From Mytilus edulis (lineage: Eukaryota), in contig NC_092354.1 in the NCBI RefSeq assembly GCF_963676685.1, positions 67,456,001 through 67,520,000 on the forward strand: 64,000 nt of DNA, read 5' to 3'. Of this stretch, positions 12,060-22,745 are shown one piece after another. How positions within the stretch are numbered: position 1 is the first letter of the stretch; each line of letters starts with the position of its first letter. A model generated the notes under the pieces. That model had not been told where the DNA came from, searched no databases, and saw only the letters and a program-made list of their open reading frames with translations. Position numbers and translations under genes: made by a program.

Positions 12060-14640
12060 TATTGATCTTTTTGGAGTTTAAACAACATTGGATACATACA
12101 TTTACATTATAAAATCAAAACAGGAACGTATATAACAAATAACTATTTTTTTTTAATTGTTTTTGATTGATCTTTTTGGTATTTAAACAACATTGGATAC
12201 ATTTTTACAAGATATAAGTGAATGTCATGACATTATGGCATTGTTATACTATTGATATTATGTGAATAAGACATAGTAAAAATTTACAAGTTAAAGATGT
12301 GAATACTTAGTGATACATCTTAAGAATACTTTGCAATACATTAAATATATAATCATATTAAAAATAAATTTAATTAAATAACTTCCATACATCCCCCCAT
12401 CTGTCGACAAATGACTCGTGTTTGTCTTTAGAAAGATATGCATATTTTAATATCTCCAGACGTCTTTTAAAAAATTTAAGAAAAGCTTGCACAGATATTA
12501 ACAGTCTGCCTAATTGTGTGTTCTTTACATAATTAAGGTAGATGGGCTGTCTAAATTATAATCCATAGAATTTTTTAATAATTTGTCAACATGTAGTTTA
12601 TATTATGCCTTTTTAAAAAAATTATAAAAATAATGGGTCACTGGGATTATTTCGACGCTACAGGGTGTTCAAAATTGATAAATTTTGTATAGATTATGCA
12701 TGGAAAACCCAATTTTCTGCAATAAAGCGTAATCTACACCATAGAATTTTGAGATAACATTGGAGAAGATGGCTTTAATAGTATGCTATCAGTTAAGAAA
12801 ATGAAACAATGGGGTCACCGGACCCGTTTTCTTGCTTCATTATAAAATAGGTAAATTTCTAACACATTCTAGTGTAAAGTACCTTAATATGAATTATCTG
12901 CCATTGCATTTGAGTTGCCTCCCCTTATATGGCAAAGTTGGAAAAAAAATGATCAAACAAAAGTTTTCTGTTTTTTGTAAAATACAACCGTAAATATGAT
13001 AAAACATGTCATTTTCTACATCGAAGTGGAAGTTCTTACACATGAATTACCTACTACTCTAAAAATTTGCCCATTCTATTAAAGATCTAGACCTTGTTTT
13101 CTGGTATTTCCAAATCCAAGATAGAGGAAGACACCATATCTACCTTAATGTAATACTTTGCCTGTAGAGTACAGTAATTTATAACTAAGTTATCAGAATT
13201 CGATACACCAACAAAGACGCTGTTTTTATTCAAAAATATTTTAACTCCAAAAACTAAATACCACTAATTAAAAAATTCTTTCCAAAATTGTTTTATTTCT
13301 GTACAAAATGAATGCTCTATAGGTTCTATTACTTTACAACTGGCACATTCATTAGTTAAGGAAAGTTTATATTTTTCAAGAAGATAATTATGTGAGACTA
13401 TTCTGTATAAAAATGTATATATGGAAAGCTTGTAGTTTGCTTTCTATAGTACATTTAAAAGCTAGTGAATAAATATTTTTTCCATTTTTCGTCACTAATT
13501 TCTATATTAAAACTTTCTTCCCACCTTTGCCGTGAAAAAGAGCAAACACTTCCCCGATCGATAAAAAGAGAATATAAATCTTTCGCAAATAATTTACTAA
13601 TGGGCATCTTTTTATTCTCATGCTCAAAAATGAATCCAAATGAGTTGCTGTTACATTGTATGTGACATGTGTTGTTGTAATAACAAATATTTCCAGTCAC
13701 ATGGTATAACAAGTTAAATAGATAGAATGTCTACAAAAGTAACAAAAAATCGTCCTTTTCATCTACAATATCATTAATGAACCTTATGCCTTACATGTGC
13801 CAAGATCTGTAAGAAATACTCGTTCTGTCAACTTTGATAAACGGATTGAACCAAAAAAATTCTTTTCTAACATGAAATGCATTTAACGGGATATCAATAC
13901 CCTTGAAACGTTTCCATGCAGATAACACTTCTATATAAAAAAAGAGGTGCTTTTAAATTTAAAAACTCAAATTCACATCTGCTCATAAATAAATCTTCTA
14001 AATCAAAAAGGGAGAATAATGCTTTGGGAACATGTTTTCATTTGGAGTCATGTTCTGACAGAAATCTTTTTATCAACATAATACGAAAGGATAACAGCTG
14101 TACTTCAAAATTTGGGGCTTTCAGTCCCCCCTCGCTAGGAGACTTTTGAATAACTTTCGATTTAACTTTCGGAGTACTACTATTCCATAAAAAACTATTA
14201 ATATCACGTTGTATTTTAATTACATAAGATTTTGGTATATGTGTAAGTGAAATGACATAAATAAGCTTCGATATTGCAAGTGATTTAAGAATTACAATTT
14301 TACCGATCAAGGAAAGGTTTCTGATCCACCACAGTTTTATTATTGATTCCATTTTTTTTCTGCATGTATCTAAATTAGAACAAACCATTTCTTCAAAAGC
14401 ATTTAATTTTAATCTAAGGTTTTAAAAACCATCTGTCCATTTAATAGGAAGGGAACCTTCTTTGTTAAATTTATTTCTTCCAATCCATGTTGCTTCGGTT
14501 TTTTGAAAAAAATACTTTTAACCCTGAACACTTCTCAAAATCGTTAAAGGAATCTAATAAAATTTGCGCGGAAAATACATCTTTCAAAAAACAAGTGGTA
14601 TCATCAGCCAACTGTGAAATTTTCAGTATCCCCAATTTTT
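12060..14640 (-). mobile_element. 5'-truncated L1/Tx1-clade LINE, antisense in an SHFL intron
   Basis: KISQLADDTTCFL RT motif (about 14585-14625); WWIRNLSLIGKIVILKSLAISKLIY; GGLKAPNF; C-terminus AKYYINY..RRLE..RWGDVWKLFN*; A-rich tail at about 12055-12160. Confidence 0.85.
12537..13144. mobile_element. Non-autonomous DNA transposon with TTAA target duplication (Kolobok-like), nested in the L1
   Basis: TTAA|GGTAGATgggcTGTCT ... AGACAccatATCTACC|TTAA. Excising it with one TTAA restores the L1 reading frame (AKYY-INYVKN). Confidence 0.8.
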
Positions 14641-14704
14641 ATGCCAGATATATGATTGTTTTTACGAATACTTATTGCCAACAAATAACAATTGAATAAT
14701 GTTA

Positions 14705-15190
14705 GATAAATGCAACAGTCGTATACGACTGTTCAACAGTCATACATCGATTGAGAGAAAACAAATCCGGGCTACATACTAAATCCGTGATAAACACATC
14801 AATTATAAGAGGAAAACAACGAAACAACAGAAACACTGAAGTGCAACAACATACAAACGACAATGCAACATACATAGAAACGAACTATTAGATAACAACT
14901 GCCATATTCCTGACTTGGTACATGACATTTTAAGAAAAAATGGTGGGTTGAACCTGGTTTTGTGGCTAGCCAACCTTGAGCTTTATGGCAATGTTAAATA
15001 TACCGCTAAAATGACATCATTACATGACAGGAATACAGTACAAATAAATGCAAGAATACTCAGGACAGAGAAATCCATAAATAAATAATATAATAGTACA
15101 TTTCGATATGTTAACCACAGAATAACAACAAATACCTAAAGCAATGAAGGACAGTACACAAAACCAGTATAATAGAATTACGAATAGAAT
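14705..15190. repeat. Interspersed non-coding repeat; related copy at about 27190-27325
   Basis: Shares gcaacagt.gtatac..ctgttcaa..tcata.atc..t.ga.a.aaaacaaa..cggg with 27195-27260. Confidence 0.55.
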
Positions 15191-15225
15191 AGACAAATAA
15201 TTCAGGTTTTAATACCAATAAACAG

Positions 15226-15329
15226 GTCTCGAAGTGTGTGCGATGTAACATACGATATGAAGCTGTACCGACCGACTACGAATGGGGAAGAGCGGAATTT
15301 CATTGCCAGTTTTGCGGAAATGTCTTCAG
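15226..15329 (+). CDS. SHFL: SHFL homologue exon
   Basis: aaacag|GTC...TTCAG|gtatgt. Encodes VSKCVRCNIRYEAVPTDYEWGRAEFHCQFCGNVF(R) versus human [35 protein letters not shown]. Confidence 0.93.
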
Positions 15330-16606
15330 GTATGTATAGTATTAAACAACTCGAATAACAAATGGTTAATAAGCTTTAGATATATTGAATGTCAACTAAA
15401 TATACTACAAAAGCAAGGTAAATCGATTTCAAAACCACATTTAACAGCCTATTAACATATCCTACGTCTCCTATAGAGCTGCTGTTCTTATTTTATGAAA
15501 ATGAAACGGTTTACTCACAAACAGAAATTGTAAAACGAGCTGCACATATTTATTTTTTTCTAGTTCGTTATATTTGATCTTAATTATGCTAAACTATTGT
15601 AACAGAGAGGTTGTTGTCGCTGATCGATTCTGTTATTAGACGATGGTGATGGTGACATTGCCGATACTCGAGCATACGTTTGTTAATGTTTGGTCATGTA
15701 CAGCAGTTTAGATATATAGATGAATGTATAACTCAGATAAATACTATTTTGTAAAAATGGAATACTTAAATGGATTAATGATGAATGTTTTCTTTTGATA
15801 GAAAATATTTACTAAAATAAAATTTCGGATTTCAATATAATTTTTTCTAGAACCAATCCATCAATGTTGTATATGTCTCGGGGTTTGAAAGAACTTAACT
15901 TTCAAACCACGCATTAAGATATTCACACATTACATAAAAGTAGGCTAATTTACGGACGGAACATCTTACATTTTTAAGATTGAAATATTCAGATACTTAT
16001 AACGAAATGTATATCATGACCATTTAAAAATTATTTCGTAACTTGCAAATCTGCAGTTCATTGTCATCGCGATATTCAATGATGTATGCATATTAATCAT
16101 ATTAATACATGTACAGGTTATTCATAGTACCCTGGAAAGTAAATCTACAATTAAAGCTGTATACGTCAATAATACGTTTTCTATTTAAAATCACGTGATT
16201 AACACATCGAATATTTAACATCTTACAGTGTAAATACAATATATTGCACACACGATTTGATTATTTTCACAGCTAATGACAAAATCCCTCACGTATGCGA
16301 AAAATATATTCACTGCATAGTGAATGTTTAACAAACATCCGGTACTCGAAAAAAAACATTAAGCTAGGGTTAATCCGTAATATATGTGTAATTCAGTTTT
16401 CAGAATGTGACATTCCCGGCTTAGCGTTTATATCCCCTTGGCCTTCGGCTCAGGGAATTTAAACCGGGAACGTCACATTGTATACCCTGTATGAGACCTG
16501 AATAACATATCATATTCTTTTTTCCAAAAACAATACAGTTTATGGGTATTTTAAAGTACACTAAATATTATATTAAAGATAGTAAGCAATGTATCAATTA
16601 TTACAG

Positions 16607-16758
16607 AGGGTTTGGACAAATGGGAGTCGCTTCCAGTCCTTGTTACAGATGTAGCACGGCATGTTCGCCGAATGCAATTCTGCCAAGACGAAGGTTAGAA
16701 GGAAGAAGATCCAGAAATGTTCATGCATGTTTCTGCCGGAACTGCTTCAATCGGGCAG
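16607..16758 (+). CDS. SHFL: SHFL homologue exon
   Basis: ttacag|A...GCAG|gtttgt. Encodes GFGQMGVASSPCYRC...ILPRRR...RRSRNVHACFCRNCFNR versus human GWAQMGSPSPCYGC...ILPPR...RRSTHTHSCSAADCYNR. Lies inside track ORF 16542..16898. Confidence 0.93.
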
Positions 16759-17544
16759 GTTTGTTAATTGCCAAAACTATCATAAAAATGGCCAACAAGT
16801 TTGAATGTCCCTCTTTCGCCTCTCTTATAGACAGACATTATGAAAATTCTGATACGTTAATTAAAATGAAATGTTCTGAAAGAAGTATCACGTATTAATT
16901 GTGTGGTATGTGTTCCTACAGTCTTCAAAGGCATGATTAAAAATGTGTGTGACAAAACATTCTGTCAATAGTAGTGTCAACATTTTCGCCGACGCATTCT
17001 ATAGTTAATTAACTATTGTTCTTTAACAAACCTTTGTTTACATTACTCTTTTAAAACAAAATGTAGATTGGTTAATAATGAAAAAAAATTTGTATCCCAG
17101 TCAATCCGATTATTACTTAAAAATGTTATTCGATCACACAAATTAGAACTATAGTCGTTATCTGTTTGCTTAATGATACTTATGTTTGATACGAGAAAGA
17201 TTGAACTGTCAGTTAAATTGTATTCCGAATGGAACTAGCTCCACCAGTCATACGTACATTTATCTGAAGTCATACATTTATCTCAAGTCATATATTTTTC
17301 TCAAGTCATTTGTTTACGACCAGAAACTAAGCAATAATCAAACTATACTCTTCTTTATACACATTTTAACAACGTAAGAGGGTATTTATACGCCTCCGTA
17401 GAAGACAACGATTCTATAAGTAGACATTTTGCTCATGGGCACCCATACCACATCTTCCTTTATCTATTTGATGGTGGTACTTTTTTTTTATGTATTTCAC
17501 TCGGAGCATTTTAAGATATCAATATCAAAGAGAGAAATTGGTTG

Positions 17545-18760
17545 ATTGTATCTCTTTGAACCAAGTGACGCAGTGTGTTTTATCAAGCACTAGACTAATA
17601 AAATAGAGAATGGAAATTGAGAATGTGTCAAAGAGACAACAACCCGACCAAAAAGTAAAAACACAACCGATGGCCACCAATGGATCTTCAATACAGCCAG
17701 TAAATCCCACAACCGGAGGCGGACTTTGGCCCCTCAACAAAAATGTGTATTAGCTAGTGAAAAATGGACGCCATACTAAACTCCTAAGCATACAAAGGAA
17801 CTTTAATTATAAAAAACAAAAAAAACAAGACTAACAAAGGCAAGAGGCTTCTGACTTGGGACAGGCGCAATTTGGCGGGGTTATACATGTTTAGTGAAAC
17901 CCTCCCACTATACCTCTACCCAATGTAGAATAAACATACACACGGCAATACGCACAGTAAATATCAGTTTAAATGAAGTCCGAGTCCGATGTCAGAATAG
18001 GTAACAAAAGAAACTAAGCAAAATGTCAATGATACATAAATAAACAAAGGACTACTAGTAGTTACAGACATGTCAGCTCCAGACCTCAATTAAACTGATC
18101 GATATATATTGTCTTCATCATATAAAATTCAAGCTCAATCCCTCCCCTAAGGTGATAAGTATCATACCATCATAAGATATATGAGAAGAACATAATCTGT
18201 ATCATGCCAACAACTGGTTTTAGAATAAATGTGTTGATTTCCGATGCAAAGACCCTATGAGTGAATCAATATTAATACCAAAATATGCCATATTTCATGA
18301 CCTGATAACAGTATCGTAACTATATCCCTTCTTAGTAAGTCTGTTTGAAGATTTTGTTAGCTTTTGAGGTTAGTGCCGACATTTCTGTGCTTTGTATTTA
18401 TAGAATATTTTGCCAAAAGATTGGATGTGAAATATCTGAACGTATAAGATGTCTGCGTGTTGATTTCTATTTACGAATGACGTCCTTCTGCCGATAATAA
18501 AATTTAGTAAATGTTTTGATTAGTCTGTGATATCGAAAACCCTGGTGTGATAATTTTGCAGCAATACAGAGATTTCTTTCGTTAAAATCAAATACATTGT
18601 TACATACACGAGCGAATCGAAAAAGTTGAGATATAAAACGCATAAGATGATGACAAGGGAACATCACCATCTAAAATGGATAATTAACAATAGGACATGA
18701 AAAATCATCTCTTTTATCATACATTGTGGTATTAAATTTCTCATTAAAGACATAGATATG
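17545..18760 (-). mobile_element. Penelope-like element 3' fragment plus associated non-coding repeat, in the last SHFL intron
   Basis: YDKRDDFSCPIVNYPF.DGDVP and ISQLFRFARVCNNVFDFNERNLCIAAKLSHQGFRY (ORF 18467..18670). Confidence 0.65.
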
Positions 18761-19489
18761 TGTAAATTCCTCGTTGATCTTATATCATAAAATTTATTAG
18801 TTGGTTTGGGTTCAATCATTTTAAGGTTAAGGTTTTACTAGTATAGTGAAAGCTATTCTCCCGCATGTTAAATCATAGTTATGATAGTAGACGGATGTAT
18901 TCATTAACATATTCATGTTATTATAAATACAATTATGTAAATACAAACTGACAAACAGAAAGCATTTACACAGGTTTTTAATAAAACTAGTAACATTCAA
19001 TAATATTTTATGAGTACAAGATCATTGTATACATGTAGACGAAGTGTATACTTATATCCCGCTTTCATGAATATGAATTAAAAATTTCCCAATGGCAATT
19101 AAGAAAGTAACGATCAAATAGCACATGTTCCTACACTTACATAATTACTATAGAAGGATCTGAATAGTGAGTTGTAAGTTTAATAAATTTGGAGCATCTT
19201 GGAATTAAAAAAAAACATTATCAGCTTCCAATACAAATTTCTCAAGTGCCAACAGGATCCAAACTGTTATAAATTATGTCTATTTTATTAAACTAATCTA
19301 ATCCACAACCATATGCGCCACTGCATTACACGTCCTGCTTAACAAATTGTTAATATTCTTTAATGCCCTTTTAGGTTTTTCCAGTTTGTTTTATGTTATT
19401 ATAAAAGTTTTAAAGTCATAGCTGTTTAGTCTCATTCTGCTTCTTTACTTCATTTTCAATTGATGCGTATCTCATTTCATAATTTTTAG

Positions 19490-19665
19490 ATGGACCTATT
19501 GTTGAAGAAACCTGCGTCCATCCACGTTCATTGCACCGGCGTGTAGTGTATGCTAGCGAACAACACCTCAGCACCGGTTCTACAGTAGATACCTTCTTGA
19601 CACAAGATGACTTAGCTTCTCAAGTATCTGATTTCGAACCAATGTTATCAGATATTGATGAATAA
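19490..19665 (+). CDS. SHFL: SHFL homologue terminal exon
   Basis: ttttag|AT...TAA. Encodes (D)GPIVEETCVHPRSLHRRVVYASEQHLSTGSTVDTFLTQDDL...DIDE* versus human TSCAHPKS...[21 protein letters not shown]. Confidence 0.92.
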
Positions 19666-19698
19666 TGCCAAAAGGGAGAATGATATCCACTCATAGCT

Positions 19699-19704
19699 AA
19701 TAAA
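19699..19704 (+). terminator. Candidate polyadenylation signal for SHFL
   Basis: AATAAA 33 bp after the stop codon, followed by a GT/T-rich tract. Confidence 0.4.
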
Positions 19705-20332
19705 TTTACATCGCTTTCTTTTGTTGTTGTCAATTTTTAATACATGAAAACAGAAAACAATTATTTCTAAAGCATCACATAACTTTAATACCATTTAGCA
19801 TGTGTCGGTAATGACATACTCTGAATAGGAACTGAAGTTTCACCGCCTCAAATTATGATGCCCCCCCCCCCCCAAAAAAAAAGAAAAAAACTCAGAAAAA
19901 AAAATTAAAAAAACTTTTGGTCCTACAACCTGTCGATACAATTTTTGGCATTGCACAAGGTCATGATTTTGTGCTCACAAACATGGTTTTACCCGCCTTT
20001 TTCAATTGTGCCTGTTCGTATCAATGGCTGAGTGTCGTTCGATGCTGTCCGTCATACATGTTTTTTTCTTTATAGTTATATCATAAATCAGGTTGTTTGT
20101 TTTTAATGTTAAAATTCCAAAAGAACCAAATACAACAAATGTTCCAAGAACTTTCTACGTTTTATAATGTTAAGGATGAACTAACTTAAATAGTTGGCAA
20201 TTTTAATCTTGTTAAATATTAAGTGATAATTATACAACTTCAAAATCAAAGCTATAGACCCCACTTGGTGAAGTTACCAAAGTTGTTGATCAGTTGAGGG
20301 ATATTCTGAGCAAAATCAGAACTACAAAACAG

Positions 20333-22745
20333 ACGAGAATGTTCAGAGCCGGTCTGACGTTATAGCCATTATCCTGCCCGGTCCAAAACATACGAGAATG
20401 TTCAGAGCCAGTCTGACATTATAACCATTATCCTGCCCGGTCCAAAACATACGAGAATGTTCAGAGCAAGTCTGACGTTACAGCCATTATCCTGCCCGGT
20501 CCAAAACATACGAAATGTTCAGAGCCAGTCTGATGTTATAGCCATTATTCTGCCCGATCTAAAACATAAGAAAATATTCAGAGCCAGTCTGACGTTAAAG
20601 CCATTACCCTGCCCGGTCTAAAACATACGAGAATGTTCAGAGCCAGTCTGACGTCATAGCCATTATCCTGCCCGGTCCAAAACATAAGAGAATGTTCAGA
20701 GCCAGTCTGAGGTTATAGCCATTATCCTGCCCGGTCCAAAACATACGAGAATGTTCAGAGCCAGTCTGACGTTACAGCCATTATCCTGCAAGGTCCAAAA
20801 CATAGGAAATGTTCAGAGCCAGTCTGACGTCATAGCCATTATCCTGCCCGGTCCAAAACATAAGAGAATGTTCAGAGCCAGTCTGAGGTTATAGCCATTA
20901 TCCTGCCCGGTCCAAAACATACGAGAATGTTCAGAGCAAGTCTGACGTTACAGCCATTATCCTGCAAGGTCCAAAACATAGGAAATGTTCAGAGCCAGTC
21001 TGATGCTATAGCCATTATTCTGCCCGGTCTAAAACATACAAAAATATTCAGAGCCAGTCTGACGTTAAAGCCATTACCCCGCCCGGTCTAAAACATACGA
21101 GAATGTTCAGAGCCAGTCTGACGTCATAGCCATTATCCTGCCCGGTCCAAAACATAAGAGAATGTTCAGAGCCAGTCTGAGGTTATAGCCATTATCCTGC
21201 CCGGTCCAAAACATACAATAATGTTCAGAGCCAGTCTGACGTTATAGCCATTATCCTGTCCGGTTCAAAACATACGAGAATGTTCAGAGCAAGTCTGACG
21301 TTACAGCCATTATCCTGCCAGGTCCAAAACATAGGAAATGTTCAGAGCCAGTCTGATGTTATAGCCATTATTCTGCCCGGTCTAAAACATACAAAAATAT
21401 TCAGAGCCAGTCTGACGTTAAAGCCATTACCCTGCCCGGTCTAAAACATACGAGAATGTTCAGAGCCAGTCTGACGTCATAGCCATTATCCTGCCCGGTC
21501 CAAAACATAAGAGAATGTTCAGAGCCAGTCTGAGGTTATAGCCATTTTCCTGCCCGGTCCAAAACATACGATAATGTTCAGAGCCAGTCTGACGTTATAG
21601 CCATTATCCTGTCCGGTCCAAAACATACGAGAATGTTCAGAGCCAGTCTGACGTTATAGCCATTATCCTGTCCGGTCCAAAACATACGAGAATGTTCAGA
21701 GCAAGTCTTACGTTACAGCCATTATCCTGCCAGGTCCAAAACATAGGAAATGTTTAGAGCCAGTCTGATGTTATAGCCATTATTCTGCCCGGTCTAAAAC
21801 ATACAAAAATATTCAGAGCCAGTCTGACGTTAAAGCCATTACCCTGCCCGGTCTAAAACATACGAGAATGTTCAGAGCCAGTCTGACGTCATAGCCATTA
21901 TCCTGCCCGGTCCAAAACATAAGAGAATGTTCAGAGCCAGTCTGAGGTTATAGCCATTTTCCTGCCCGGTCCAAAACATACGATAATGATCAGAGCCAGT
22001 CTGACGTTATAGCCATTATCCTGTCCGGTCCAAAACATACGAGAATGTTCAGAGCCAGTCTGACGTCATAGCCGATATCCTGCCCGGTCTAAAACATACG
22101 AGAATGTTCAGAGCCAGTTTGACGTCATAGCCATTATCCTGCCCGGTCCAAAACATAAGAGAATGTTCAGAGCCAGTCTGAGGTTATAGCCATTTTCCTG
22201 CCCGGTCCAAAACATACGATAATGTTCAGAGCCAGTCTGACGTTATAGCCATTATCCTGTCCGGTCCAAAACATACGAGAATGTTCAGAGCCAGTCTGAC
22301 GTCATAGCCGATATCCTGCCCGGTCCAAAACATACGAGAATGTTCAGAGCCAGTCTGACGTTAAAGTCATTATCCTGCCCGGTCCAAAACATACGAGAAT
22401 GTTCAGAGCAAGTCTGACGTTAAAGTCATTATCCTGCCCGTTCCAAAACATACCAAAAATTTTCAGAGCCAGTCTGACGTTATAGCCATTATACTGCCCG
22501 GTCGAAAACATACGACAGTGTTCAGAGCCATTCTGACGTTATAGCCATTATCCTGCCCGATCCAAAACATACTAGAATGTGTAGAGCCAGTCTGACGCTA
22601 TAGCCATTATCCTGCCCGATTCAAAACATACTAGAATGTTCAGAGCCAGTCTGACGTTATAACCATTATCCTGCCCGGTCCAAAACATTCGAGAATGTTC
22701 AGAGCCAGTCTGACGTTATAGCCATTATCCTACCTGTTCCAAAAT
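20333..22745. repeat. 59-bp tandem satellite, about 41 copies, with higher-order structure
   Basis: Consensus ACGAGAATGTTCAGAGCCAGTCTGACGTTATAGCCATTATCCTGCCCGGTCCAAAACAT; copies are contiguous with no spacers. Confidence 0.97.

Noticed and set aside
1-19665. Functional linkage between SHFL and the neighbouring retrotransposons as a defence-island-like system
   Set aside because: Transposon density is uniformly high across the window, so proximity is not evidence of a functional module.
20333-22745. CRISPR-like array
   Set aside because: Monomers are contiguous with no unique spacers, there are no cas genes, and the context is eukaryotic; this is a satellite.
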